From Actinomycetota bacterium (GTDB lineage: Bacteria > Actinomycetota > Humimicrobiia > Humimicrobiales > Humimicrobiaceae), in assembly GCA_051744345.1 (NCBI GenBank), contig JBNJCW010000002.1, positions 1,176-65,175 on the forward strand: a stretch of DNA of 64,000 nt, read 5' to 3'. The notes beneath the pieces are model-generated. The model did no database searches. It was given only the letters and a program-made list of their open reading frames with translations, and was not told the origin of the DNA. Every line of letters begins with the position of its first letter. Positions within the stretch are counted from its first letter, which is position 1. Positions 10,486 to 21,162 of the stretch are shown here, piece by piece. The position numbers were made by a program, and so were the translations under genes.

Positions 10486-10841
10486 AAAAGCTGAACTGTT
10501 GATGGCACTTTATTTAACCCATTAAAAAGCAGCAGCCAAGCTTTTACCCGGGTTTTATAAATCAGTTGCCAGGCCTGTATATATTTTATTTCCAATATTA
10601 TATGTCGGTGGTTCTGGAATATATGTTTGCAGTTTCAGGCCTGGCAGCGGTTAACCCACCAATGCAATATGGACCTAATTAGGAAAAATGCTTCCTAAAA
10701 TACAGTGGTAATTGAAAACTGCATAATAAATTTATAACCTGAATTCCTGCTCCAATTAAGATAATTTTTAATTTTCTGTAAAATTATAGAAAATATGGTA
10801 ATCTTTTTCTCCCAAATCCCTGATTATCTTGCGCCCAACTG

Positions 10842-12002
10842 CTAAGGTAAACTGTATTCTACTAATTCCATTGTACCTGTAATTTCTTCTAAGAGCCCCT
10901 TTACTGCCTCGGTTCCTTCTATAATATGGTTTGAAGTGGATTTAACGCTTCCAACTCCTTCAGCAAGCCATGCGCTGGAGGTCATGCTATGGGTATAAAG
11001 CGGCATGGTTATTCCATGTGTTTTGAGGACATAATCTGATTCCAAGACAGTATCCATCCTTATCGCTTTAAATGTTCCAGCGGACACAGTCACTTCTTCT
11101 TCGCTTACAGCATTATAATTTACAATGACTGTATAGTCTAGCTGGCCGTCATACTCTTCTACAGCCAGCTCTCCTGAATATGTCTGGGTCCAGGTATCCC
11201 CTACTGATATTGAGCTGGGTATGGTTACGCCGGCTACATCTGAGCTTCCGGTAATAGTTACACCATTCCCAATAACGTTAAGGGCATCACCGCCCGGATG
11301 ACTCAGGTCGACGAGGCCTTCAGCCAGGCATATCCATTCATGCCTCTGGGTAGAGCCAGGCATATCCCAAGTAACCGTAAAACCTTCCTCACCAACCTCA
11401 GTAATCGTGCTTGTCATGGTCCCTGCATCAGTTGCATATGTATGTGAGACCCCCTCCGCTACAGGATAATAGGGATTGCCGCATAAATCGCTTGCTGCTG
11501 CATCCCATTCTGAAGACTGTGAGCCATTATCTTTCTGATCCCCATCAAGGCCGATATCTTCACCGTTTTCCTTTCTTTCGTCCATACCGGGACCGACAGG
11601 GGGCAAATCTGCGTAAGACTCTGTATTTACGGTATTGCTCTGGCTGCTTTCAATATCACCATCATAAACCGCAGTTACATAAAAAGCATAATTATTGTCC
11701 CCTATATTATACTTATAATTTGTGTCAGCAGTCCTGCCGATTTCTTCCCCGTTCATATACACCACATATTGAATAACTGCATATTCGCTCTCTGGTGCCT
11801 CCCAGGCTAAATTAATTTCCTTCTCTGCATTGCTTCCGGAAATTCCTGTAATCTGTAGATTATGTGGCGGCGGGTAAAATCCTGCATCCTGTCCATCTGC
11901 CCGGCTGCAGGAAACAACCGCCAGGATAAGGCCTAACATAAGCATCAGGATAACTGCTTTACTAAAATTACTTTTTTGAAATATCATAGCCGCTTTACTC
12001 AT
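10842..12002 (-). CDS. Secreted lipoprotein with FN3-like N-terminal domain, hypothetical
   Basis: Signal peptide plus lipobox (VVSCS). 386 aa with no catalytic motifs recognised. Confidence 0.4.
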   Translation of the reverse strand: MSKAAMIFQKSNFSKAVILMLMLGLILAVVSCSRADGQDAGFYPPPHNLQITGISGSNAEKEINLAWEAPESEYAVIQYVVYMNGEEIGRTADTNYKYNIGDNNYAFYVTAVYDGDIESSQSNTVNTESYADLPPVGPGMDERKENGEDIGLDGDQKDNGSQSSEWDAAASDLCGNPYYPVAEGVSHTYATDAGTMTSTITEVGEEGFTVTWDMPGSTQRHEWICLAEGLVDLSHPGGDALNVIGNGVTITGSSDVAGVTIPSSISVGDTWTQTYSGELAVEEYDGQLDYTVIVNYNAVSEEEVTVSAGTFKAIRMDTVLESDYVLKTHGITMPLYTHSMTSSAWLAEGVGSVKSTSNHIIEGTEAVKGLLEEITGTMELVEYSLP

Positions 12003-12220
12003 TTTTTTAGCTGCTCCTTTTTTATACCAGACTGATTAAGAAATTATAAGATGGCCGGCTAACCGATTAAAAACCCGATTATGTGTATGCCTTCATATGC
12101 AGACAATAAAACCCAGGTTTTCCCAGACCACGACATTTAAAAAATATCAGATGAATTATAACTAATAACAAAAATTATTCAAATTTGGATATGTCTTTAC
12201 CTGTATTAATAATGACATTC

Positions 12221-12868
12221 CTATAATAATTTAAAAGATATATATCTGGTATCATCAGCATATATCACCTTCAGCCCAGTTTTCTTTGCTATAATTTCCA
12301 TGGTCTTCGGGGTATAAAAAGATATATGGCTCATATCTCTTATATAGTACCAATCCAGAAATTCTTCACTGTTTATTGGGTGAAATAGAGTCATAATTGA
12401 TAATAAGCCATCTTTTTTTAAGCAGTCTTTAAATATTTTAAAATAGATCAACGGATTTTTTAGGTGCTCTGCAACTTCTGTAGAGGTTATCAAATTATAT
12501 TTCTTACCCGCATATACCTTTAACGGAGAATAAAAAAGGTCATAAATATCCATCTTAAAACCGTAATCTTTTTCCAGAATCATGGCTAGAACCGGAGATG
12601 GGCCGCTTCCAAAATCAAGCCCATATTTTCCGCAGCAATATTTTAAAACAGCTGAATGAAGAAATTTTTTAAAATAATCCACATATTTTGGATCGTTTAT
12701 AGAATTATTATGGTTTTCATAAATCTCTAATTCCTTTTCTGCGGACAGGATAAACTGTTCATCTTTAAAAATATACTCACATGCCTGACAGCAGTGGTAT
12801 ATGAATCCAAAATGTTTACTATAGATTTCAAATGTTTTTTGTCCGCAAATTTTACAGTATCTGCTCAT
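12221..12868 (-). CDS. Class I SAM-dependent methyltransferase with N-terminal zinc ribbon
   Basis: CKICG...CCQAC zinc ribbon and SAM motif I LDFGSGPSPV. Confidence 0.65.
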   Translation of the reverse strand: MSRYCKICGQKTFEIYSKHFGFIYHCCQACEYIFKDEQFILSAEKELEIYENHNNSINDPKYVDYFKKFLHSAVLKYCCGKYGLDFGSGPSPVLAMILEKDYGFKMDIYDLFYSPLKVYAGKKYNLITSTEVAEHLKNPLIYFKIFKDCLKKDGLLSIMTLFHPINSEEFLDWYYIRDMSHISFYTPKTMEIIAKKTGLKVIYADDTRYISFKLL

Positions 12869-13307
12869 ATCATCTTAGAACACAAATGTTAAATTTTTTT
12901 AAATATTTTTATGAGAACTAACAGTCTACCATAATTCTAACAGTAATAAATTTATTTAGCCTTTCAAATTTTTTTTAAAAGTCGTTATTTTAAAAACTTC
13001 CGAGGATAATTATTTTAATTACCCCATGGATGCATGATCGGCAATGATACCTTTTTTATGCCATTTATAAAAAAATCTTTACGTCCTTTATGTTTGAAAT
13101 GAAGTGTTTACATAGCTCTTTCTCTCCTCAGTTCTTACAATCTTACATTTTTTGTCTAAAGCTTAAAGATTGTCAGATTTTTTAAAATAGCTCAACAATC
13201 AACAAGGTGTCCGGATGTGGCCGAAATATGCAGGAAAGGCTGCTGGGCTCCGTTGACACTTTAGGATTAATGTCTGAATGATGTTTTCTGGAAATTTACT
13301 GAAAATT

Positions 13308-14435
13308 CTATGTCAGATAATCTAGATAATTATCTCCGTTTATCACATGGAATTCCGAACGAGGATAGGTATTAATAAAATCCCTGGGAACTTTTACTCC
13401 CTTTTTTGAATACTTGCATTCAAAGGCAAACAGCTTTCCTTCCCGTTCCTCTATAAGGTCTATTTCTTTCTTATCATAGGTTCGCCAAAAATAATTATTA
13501 GATGATAACTTTTTGTATCTTTGGTATTTAACCCTTTCAGAAATACAATAGTTTTCCCAGAGTCTTCCGACATCGTCCCTGAGATTAAGACGGTTATAGT
13601 TAGAAATCAAAGAATTAAGTATTCCGTTATCCCAGAAATAATACCTTGGGCTTTTGGTATATTCTTTTCTTAAATTTCTACTGAAACCATGGTGGGAAAA
13701 CACCACATAACTTTTTTCCAGCAACTCCAGGTATCTCATAACAGTTCTTTTGTTTACATTCAGGTTTGATGCCAGCTCTGAATAAGAAACATCCTGTCCT
13801 ATCTGGAAAGCTATAAGCCGGAGAAGATTGAATATAAAAATACTGTCTTTAAGATTATCAAGTTCTAGAATATCTTTTAAAAGATATCCATCACGTATTG
13901 ATTCTAATTCTGCCTTCTTCTGGTCCAAGGTTTCAGCTAAATATACCTGTGGATAAAAACCATAAATAAGCTGTTCTTCCAACATTTCTTTTTGCCTTAT
14001 GTAGTCCTCTATTCCTACCTCCAGCAATGCCAGAGGGTACAGGTAATAATACCGGCTTCGTCCCACCAGTGGTTCACCTACTTTATTTCTTAGGTCAAGA
14101 CTGGAGGATCCGGTGATAAAAACTGAAACATTCTGAATTGTGTCTACTATTAATTTAAGGTTTGATCCAATATTGGGAATTTTCTGTGCTTCGTCTACAA
14201 AAAGATACTTATTAACCCCTATGAATCTCTTCAGTACTCCAGTTCGCTGGCTTGACAATGCTTCAGCTGCATCAAGGTTTTCACCATTAACCATAATTAT
14301 TTCGCTGCTACCTATTTTTCCTTTAATCAAGTTCATTAGAACCGTTTTTCCAGCTCTTCGGGGTCCAAAAACACCTACTACCCTGGAAGGCTTTAGGTCT
14401 TTTACCACCTGATTTGTAATATATCTGGATATCAT
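13308..14435 (-). CDS. AAA-family ATPase with DUF4143 C-terminal domain
   Basis: Walker A GPRRAGKT, Walker B-like FVDEAQ, and C-terminal YFWDNGILN block. Confidence 0.7.
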   Translation of the reverse strand: MISRYITNQVVKDLKPSRVVGVFGPRRAGKTVLMNLIKGKIGSSEIIMVNGENLDAAEALSSQRTGVLKRFIGVNKYLFVDEAQKIPNIGSNLKLIVDTIQNVSVFITGSSSLDLRNKVGEPLVGRSRYYYLYPLALLEVGIEDYIRQKEMLEEQLIYGFYPQVYLAETLDQKKAELESIRDGYLLKDILELDNLKDSIFIFNLLRLIAFQIGQDVSYSELASNLNVNKRTVMRYLELLEKSYVVFSHHGFSRNLRKEYTKSPRYYFWDNGILNSLISNYNRLNLRDDVGRLWENYCISERVKYQRYKKLSSNNYFWRTYDKKEIDLIEEREGKLFAFECKYSKKGVKVPRDFINTYPRSEFHVINGDNYLDYLT

Positions 14436-14611
14436 AGTGCCTGTATTTTAGCAAATTCAGACATTCGAGTCAATCTAACAATAAGCTGATAAGCATGAAG
14501 TTCCTAGTTGAAGCTACTCGAATAAGATATGTCATTGTAAATCCATTGCGTGTTAGAGCATTATGCTGTTAGGAAACTGGTTGTCTCACTATAGTTATTT
14601 AGCCAATAATT

Positions 14612-14650
14612 TGGCTTCCCCAGGTTGTGAAATTTCGGGCTAATTTTTAA
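14612..14650 (+). repeat. Degenerate tRNA-Asn-3'-end-like repeat copy
   Basis: tggcttccccaggttgtgaaatttcgggctaattttt. Confidence 0.5.
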
Positions 14651-14712
14651 ATAGTTTAATCAGTTTAAAAAAATACTTTACGTAAAACCAAATTTCAAAT
14701 AGTCTAATAACT

Positions 14713-15447
14713 ATGGCAATAGATATAACAGAATTAGAAGGAATTTTAAATTCAAGATTTCAAGATATTGAAGAAAGCTTTGTATTAGGATATGCAAACA
14801 TGAAGAACCTTCTTAGCGGTGACCTCAAAAAATATGAATATTGTATAGTGCTGGGTAAAAAGCTTGATGATAAAGTAATAGATACAATAGAAAATGGCCC
14901 AACACCCCGGTATTATGAACTTTATAATAGAGTAAATATAGAGTTGTATCAAATCGGCTTAGAGCTATCAGGTTATCTTGATTCAAGAAAAATATCTAAC
15001 AAACTTATTAAACCTACTGGTATTAGTAAGGATGTTAAGAATTATAACCCAGAAACACTTACCTATTATTTTTCCCATAAAATGGCTGCAACCAGGGCAG
15101 GCCTTGGCTGGATCGGAAAAACTGATTTGATGGTCACAGAGAAATTCGGGCCAAGAGTTAGGTTTGTTTCAGTTCTTCTTGAAGAATGTATTCAAAAAAA
15201 TGGAATTCCTATTGAAAAGTTAGTTATACCTGTAACAGAAAGCAGATGCGGGAACTGTAATATCTGTATTGAACTGTGCCCGGCTGGAGCTGGGAGTGGC
15301 AAAGAATGGGATATAAATAAAGATAGAGATGCTTTTTTCGATGCCTTTTCATGCATGGAGAAATGCAAGAAACTTTCACTAAAGAACCTGGGGAAAAATG
15401 AGACTATCTGTGGAATATGTGTAAAAACTTGTCCTGTGGGAAAATAA
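14713..15447 (+). CDS. QueG (epoxyqueuosine reductase)-related 4Fe-4S protein, short form
   Basis: GLGWIGKTDL motif typical of QueG and two CxxCxxC...CP ferredoxin motifs. Lacks the N-terminal cobalamin domain (244 aa). Confidence 0.5.
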   Translation: MAIDITELEGILNSRFQDIEESFVLGYANMKNLLSGDLKKYEYCIVLGKKLDDKVIDTIENGPTPRYYELYNRVNIELYQIGLELSGYLDSRKISNKLIKPTGISKDVKNYNPETLTYYFSHKMAATRAGLGWIGKTDLMVTEKFGPRVRFVSVLLEECIQKNGIPIEKLVIPVTESRCGNCNICIELCPAGAGSGKEWDINKDRDAFFDAFSCMEKCKKLSLKNLGKNETICGICVKTCPVGK

Positions 15448-15449
15448 TC

Positions 15450-15495
15450 TGGCTCCCTTATGTTTGATATCCCGAACCAATTTTTTTAAAAGAAT
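15450..15495 (+). repeat. tRNA-Asn-3'-end-like repeat copy
   Basis: tggctcccttatgtttgatatcccgaaccaatttttttaaaagaat. About 85% identical to the copy at 16814. Confidence 0.6.
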
Positions 15496-15666
15496 TGATT
15501 ACTATCTATGGATTAAGACTACAAATCTAGGTGGATAATATGAAATCATGGAATATTCAATTAGTCTTTTGAGTGTAAATGGCTGTTCATACAATTTATT
15601 CTATTTTGGTAAACTTACTCCATGAAGATTGTGTGATTTCTAAAACCATAAGATAAATGTGAAAAA

Positions 15667-16245
15667 TCAATACCATTCAGTATACCATTGGCTCATTTGA
15701 TTGATTTCTTTGGTCTGTGTCCTGATAATATCTTTGGCCAGCTTTTTCATTTCTTCATGCTCTGTTCTATTTAGAAGCATAGAAGCCATCATTATTGCCG
15801 TTTGATGATGGGGAATCATCTGCTCAATGAATTCCCTGTCAAATAGTTCTGCATTTTCAAGTGATTTAAGGTCAGTCATGTCTCCCATAATTCCCATACC
15901 TTCTATTGCAGATTCTGGAACTTCGGTACCATACCAAGATTTGTACCATGAACGCATATCCTCAATCTCTCGTGATTGATTATCTCTTATGTTCTCTGAT
16001 AACTGTTTTAGTTCTTCATGCTCTGCTTTGGTAAGAGCCAGTTCTGCCATATGCACTGCATCCTCGTGATGAGGAATCATCTCCTCAATAAAATGGCGGT
16101 CAATGTCACTCATTATCCCTTGATTGAATCTACAAACTGGCCCTTGGCTAAAACCGCCTGTAATTAAACCTAAAGACATAATACCTATCAAACCTACAGC
16201 AATAAGCATCAAAGATATTACTAATAGTCCTTTATATTTTTTCAT
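15667..16245 (-). CDS. DUF305 family membrane-anchored protein
   Basis: Tandem repeats MIPHHEDAVHMAELAL and MIPHHQTAIMMASMLL. N-terminal TM helix. Confidence 0.6.
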   Translation of the reverse strand: MKKYKGLLVISLMLIAVGLIGIMSLGLITGGFSQGPVCRFNQGIMSDIDRHFIEEMIPHHEDAVHMAELALTKAEHEELKQLSENIRDNQSREIEDMRSWYKSWYGTEVPESAIEGMGIMGDMTDLKSLENAELFDREFIEQMIPHHQTAIMMASMLLNRTEHEEMKKLAKDIIRTQTKEINQMSQWYTEWY

Positions 16246-16269
16246 TTTTTTATAGTACCTTCCAAATTA

Positions 16270-16518
16270 TTAGCTCAGCAGATCTTTTTTGATACTTTCA
16301 TACTGTTCTTTTGATATTTCTCCTCTAGCGTACCTTTCTTTTATAACTTCTAAAGCTTTGTTTTTTGTCTTGGGCTCAGTTCCAGGATAAGTTGTTCTTT
16401 TTATTAACCAGACTATTAAAAGCACTATCCCGATTATTATCAGTATAAAAAAAATAAAACCCAGGATAATGCCGATCCAACCCAGACCGCCCATCATAGT
16501 AGGCCAACCCCACATCAT
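16270..16518 (-). CDS. SHOCT-domain small membrane protein
   Basis: Two TM helices and C-terminal RYARGEISKEQYESIKKDL (SHOCT motif). Confidence 0.5.
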   Translation of the reverse strand: MMWGWPTMMGGLGWIGIILGFIFFILIIIGIVLLIVWLIKRTTYPGTEPKTKNKALEVIKERYARGEISKEQYESIKKDLLS

Positions 16519-16813
16519 AATAAATCACTCCTTCTTTAAAACTTTTTTTAAAGTCTAATTAAGTATAATCTTTGAGCACCATAATAATAACCTTAGTTTG
16601 ACTAGTTTTATCCTAATAATTAGACCAGTTTAGAGATAAATACGCTTCAGTTTTTTAAGAATCGTCTAATTTAATAATTTTGAAATTAGCATTTATATTC
16701 TGGCCGTTTGTTGATAAGGTAATAATAATTAGACTTTTCCTAGTTATTCCATCCCTTTATTATTTACATTAATTGATTGAATATTTTTCATTTATGTGAG
16801 GTAAATATCTGAA

Positions 16814-16858
16814 AGAGGGCCCTAATGTTTGAAATTTCGAACCAATTTTTTAAAAGAG
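16814..16858 (+). repeat. tRNA-Asn-3'-end-like repeat copy
   Basis: gagggccctaatgtttgaaatttcgaaccaattttttaaaagagg. Confidence 0.6.
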
Positions 16859-17455
16859 GTTATTTTAAGTTATTACAATTATTCTGAGCTTAATAGCCTG
16901 GGTTCTCTCCAGTACAATAATTTCCTTAATTAAAAGAAATAAAAAAACATGCAAGACAGCTTGAAGAACAACCATAAAAAAAGAATGAAGACAAACTGCG
17001 CTATTTCATCATCTATTAGCTGAGTTCCCAAAACATTAAACCACCGTATACTTGATTTTGACTCCAGCTGCAAATATAAAATGCTGGAAGGAAAGTTACT
17101 AAAAATGTTTTCAAATAAGGAAAATAAAAACGCTCAATACCTATAGCCCAATCAAGCACAAGAAGTGTGGCTGTTTTAATAATATAACTCTGCCGGAATT
17201 TAGCCATAACCCTTCCCATCTGATTGTTTATAAATATTTATATGGCTTAGAAGCAATTCTTTACAGTATTAGAGTTGGCTGGGGAGGGAAAACTAGAATC
17301 ATAAATAAAATATTTAAATAATTGTATCATTTAAAGTACCAATAATAATTTTTGAGATAGCTCACCATCTGCTACAGTGATAGAAATAATTTATTGAACT
17401 CAATTGGAGATATTTATACCAGAATAGAGTTTTTAAAAAGAAATATTTTTAAAAC

Positions 17456-17492
17456 ATCCTCTAAACGTAGTGAAATTTAGAACTTTTTAAGG
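17456..17492 (+). repeat. Degenerate repeat copy immediately 3' of typA
   Basis: atcctctaaacgtagtgaaatttagaactttttaagg. Compare the 30111 copy, ctaagtagtgaaacttcgaaccttttt. Confidence 0.45.
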
Positions 17493-17500
17493 AGTTTCTA

Positions 17501-19312
17501 TTATACTTTTGAAACTTTTTTGCTTCGCTTTGCTTCAAGTTCCGATAAAGCTATTTTCCTGATACGTACTGATTGAGGTGTGATTTCTACAAGTTCAGTT
17601 TCATCGATATATTCAAGGGCATCGTCGAGACCAATATTCTTTGGTACATTAAAATGTTCCATACTGCCCTCACCCTTAGAGCGCATATTTGAAAGCTGCT
17701 TTTCCTTACACACATTTACCCATATATCTTCCCGCCTGGAGTTCTGGCCTACTACCTGTCCCTTATAAACACTTATTCCCGGACCATAAAATAAGTCACC
17801 CCTGTCCTGCACATTGGTCAATCCATATAATCTTGTAATCCCGGTCTCATGTGCGACCAGCGAACCTCTTTCACGTTCCTCCCATTCACCTTTTTCCGGA
17901 AGATACCCATGAAAAAGGTTATTCATTATTCCAAGACCCCTGGTATCTGTCATGAATTCCCGTCTGTAACCAAAAAGTCCGCTGGTAGGTATAATAAATT
18001 CAAGATAAGCTATACCCTTTTTCTTTTCCATTTTTTTCATGATTCCATAACGGCCTCCAAGCTTTTGGATTACAGCACCAGAATATTCTTCAGGGACCTC
18101 AATAAATACTTCTTCATAAGGTATGTGTTTTATCCCTGCTATAATCTTTATGATTACCTGCGGCTGTGAAACCTGCAATTCGAACCCTTCACGCCTGAGC
18201 CTTTCAATAAAAATAGCAAGGTGGAGCTCACCCCTGCCTAATACTGTCCATCCACTGGTACTATTTTCCTCAATTCTCATAGCCACATCATTCTCAAGCT
18301 CTTTATATAGTCTTTTCCTTATTTGTCTTGAAGTTGTAAATTGACCTTCCTTGCCTGCAAACGGCGATGTATTGACAGAAAAAGTCATTTTTACCGTAGG
18401 TTCTTCAATTTTTATCAGTGGCAATGCGACTGGATTTTCAATATCAGCAACTGTCTCACCAATCATTATATCAGGGATTCCTGCGATACTAACTATTGAA
18501 CCTGCTTTAGCTTCATCTATCTCATATTGTGCAAGTCCCTGAAAAGTCATCAATGAACTCAGACGGTATCTTTTCAGATGGCCTTCCCGGTTTATCTGCA
18601 TGACTTCCTGTCCTGCCTGTATTTTTCCATTATATATTTTTCCAGTTGCAACACGGCCTTTATAATTGTCCCAGTTAACTGATGTTACCAGCATCTGAAG
18701 AGGTTTTTCAGCATCCCCGGCAGGTACAGGTATATAGCTGATTATTTCGTCAAATAGAGGAGCGATGTCATTCATCCTGTTTAACTCAGGATAAAGAGCT
18801 GATTTACCCATTTTAGATGAAGTATAGACAACAGGAAAATCTGCTGTGGCTTCATCAGCTCCCAAATCTATAAAAAGGTCAAAGGTATTATTTAAAGCTT
18901 TGTCTATATTGGCATTAGGCTTATCTATTTTATTAATCACAACTATTATTTTATGTTTAAGTTCAAGTGCTTTTTTCAGCACGAAACGTGTCTGCGGCAT
19001 TGGTCCCTCCTGTGCATCTACCAGCAGAAGTGAACCTTCGGCCATCTTCAACACTCTTTCCACCTCTCCACCAAAATCTGCATGTCCTGGCGTATCTATA
19101 ATATTTATCTTTATTCCACGCCAGACCACAGAAGCATTTTTAGAAAAAATGGTTATGCCTCGTTCCCTCTCAATCTCATTGCTGTCCATTATACATTCCG
19201 ATAATGCAATTTCCTTATTGAGTTTTGTCTTTGACTGACGAAGCAAAGAATCCACGAGAGTAGTTTTGCCATGGTCAACGTGTGCGATTATTGCTATATT
19301 TCTAATTTCCAT
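17501..19312 (-). CDS. typA: Translational GTPase TypA/BipA
   Basis: IRNIAIIAHVDHGKTTLVD G1 motif, DTPGHADF. 603 aa EF-G-like architecture. Confidence 0.95.
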   Translation of the reverse strand: MEIRNIAIIAHVDHGKTTLVDSLLRQSKTKLNKEIALSECIMDSNEIERERGITIFSKNASVVWRGIKINIIDTPGHADFGGEVERVLKMAEGSLLLVDAQEGPMPQTRFVLKKALELKHKIIVVINKIDKPNANIDKALNNTFDLFIDLGADEATADFPVVYTSSKMGKSALYPELNRMNDIAPLFDEIISYIPVPAGDAEKPLQMLVTSVNWDNYKGRVATGKIYNGKIQAGQEVMQINREGHLKRYRLSSLMTFQGLAQYEIDEAKAGSIVSIAGIPDIMIGETVADIENPVALPLIKIEEPTVKMTFSVNTSPFAGKEGQFTTSRQIRKRLYKELENDVAMRIEENSTSGWTVLGRGELHLAIFIERLRREGFELQVSQPQVIIKIIAGIKHIPYEEVFIEVPEEYSGAVIQKLGGRYGIMKKMEKKKGIAYLEFIIPTSGLFGYRREFMTDTRGLGIMNNLFHGYLPEKGEWEERERGSLVAHETGITRLYGLTNVQDRGDLFYGPGISVYKGQVVGQNSRREDIWVNVCKEKQLSNMRSKGEGSMEHFNVPKNIGLDDALEYIDETELVEITPQSVRIRKIALSELEAKRSKKVSKV

Positions 19313-19648
19313 AATTATTTATTTAATTTTCTTTGAATCTTATTAAGGCTATGACATGTTAAACAACTTCCTCTTTAATTACAACTATTTTTATTTTTTA
19401 TTATTTGATGCGTAAAAAGTACAGATTATGGTGATATTAAAAGTAAAGGCTTCCCATAACCAGCTGGGACATATATAGGAGTTTTTTGTTGGAAAACTAT
19501 AATCAGGATTTCATTTACATATTTATATGATAAAAACTCATGAATGTGGGGTCTTGATCTTCATATTAGCTGATTAAAATTTATATGACGTAGATGTCTT
19601 AATTGGCTCTCCTAATGAAAACCAGTTTACATACTGTATCAGCTACTA

Positions 19649-20107
19649 TTAAGTGAACCACATAGGAATAAATAATACAGTTGTATTTTCTATTATTCTT
19701 TTGCACCAAAAGCCTTTGGTCAGTATTAAGCCTCTAGGAAGGTTATATCTGTTTATAAAACTTCTAAAGCTTCTGCTGGTTCTAGCTGCATTTAGAGAAG
19801 AATATTTAACCTCGATAGACATTAATCCATTTTCTGTTTTCATGACAAAATCTACTTCAGCTTTATGAATAGTCCTCCAGTACCTTAACCCTTTTTGCCC
19901 CTTTTTTAGAAGGTTTGAGAAAACTGCATTTTCAGCCAGACTGCCAGAGTCTACTCTTAAATTTAGAAGGTTATAATTATTGACAGCCCTATTTCTTAAC
20001 CCTGTATCCAAGAAATATATTTTTGGGTTTTTCTTTATTTCTGAAGCAAGGTTGGTCCAAAAACTATCTATCCTACCTGCTGCAAACGCTTCACTACCAA
20101 CAATCAT
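19649..20107 (-). pseudogene. C-terminal fragment of a DUF4143/AAA ATPase (truncated paralog of 13308-14435)
   Basis: The block IYFLDTGLRNRAVNNYNLLNLRVDSGSLAENAV aligns to the C-terminus of ORF 13308..14435. No ATPase domain upstream. Confidence 0.5.
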
Positions 20108-20163
20108 ATTTAGACCAATGTACTTTAAAAGCTTGTTAAGGCTAATGTAAGCTTCATAGGCTT

Positions 20164-20358
20164 TTACTCAAAATGACCTTTTATTAATGCAACAAGATCA
20201 CGGATATGCTCCTCTTTATCATTTGCCAGTTTCTGCCAGAAATCTTTGCACTCATTGCACCCTGAAGCATCATCAATATAGTTATTTTTTATCCTCCACA
20301 GACTCTTATTTTCTTCAGTCAGTTGTGCCATTAGATTATAGATATTATTGTCTAACAT
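20164..20358 (-). CDS. Small hypothetical protein
   Basis: 64-aa ORF with CNEC motif. No recognised family. Confidence 0.25.
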   Translation of the reverse strand: MLDNNIYNLMAQLTEENKSLWRIKNNYIDDASGCNECKDFWQKLANDKEEHIRDLVALIKGHFE

Positions 20359-20580
20359 GGCTCCCCTCCTTCTTTTTTTTAAATTTTTTATAATTGTTTT
20401 GTAGCAAAAATACCAGGATGCTCTAACGACATAAGTATTGCAGCAGGTAATTTCGTTTTTTGTTTAATCTCACTTTTATATAAACTGGTTAATGTTATAT
20501 TTGTATACAAATTTACAGGATTCAAAGAGATATTATTAATATAGGGGGCATTTTACAGTATTGCCCCCTATATTATTCTT

Positions 20581-21162
20581 CTATTCTTCCTTAGGCTTTC
20601 TAAGGTATAGTATTCCTAATGCTCCGATAATCAACAGAATCCCAGCAATTAAATAGAATGAAAGGAAATCAAATCCGGTTTCTGGTAAATCCGCCGGTTC
20701 TTCTGCTGCCGGTTCTTCTGCTGCCGGTTCTTCTACAGGTTCTTCAACGGCAACTGAAAAGATACCCATAACTACGTTTCCTTCTTCATCTGTTACGGGT
20801 GGATCTGCATCTGGAAATTCATATTCTCCCGTTACCCCTGTGTCTTCATGTAACATAGCAAACAGCGTATCTGTTACCATGGCTGGATCTATTTCTACCA
20901 TTACATTAGTATTTGTTCCACTTTCTACCATAGCTTGACCAATAACAGGCCCAGGAGAATCATCTACTTCCTGATGTATAACTATCCATCCTTGTGTTGG
21001 AGAAATTACTTCTGAAACAGTGACCATATTGTCTTCTCCTATGGTCTGATCTTCAACCGTAACTTCTGGTGTCTCATCTTGGGCATAAATTAGGTTAAAA
21101 GGAATAAATAGAAGAGACAGAGTCACTATTAAAGGAATAATAAGGGTTAATTTAGTTCTCAT
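20581..21162 (-). CDS. LPXTG-anchored surface protein with acidic PAAEE repeats
   Basis: Signal peptide follows a probable start at MRTKLTLIIPLIV. C-terminal LPETG, hydrophobic helix and RKPKEE tail. Confidence 0.6.
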   Translation of the reverse strand: MRTKLTLIIPLIVTLSLLFIPFNLIYAQDETPEVTVEDQTIGEDNMVTVSEVISPTQGWIVIHQEVDDSPGPVIGQAMVESGTNTNVMVEIDPAMVTDTLFAMLHEDTGVTGEYEFPDADPPVTDEEGNVVMGIFSVAVEEPVEEPAAEEPAAEEPADLPETGFDFLSFYLIAGILLIIGALGILYLRKPKEE

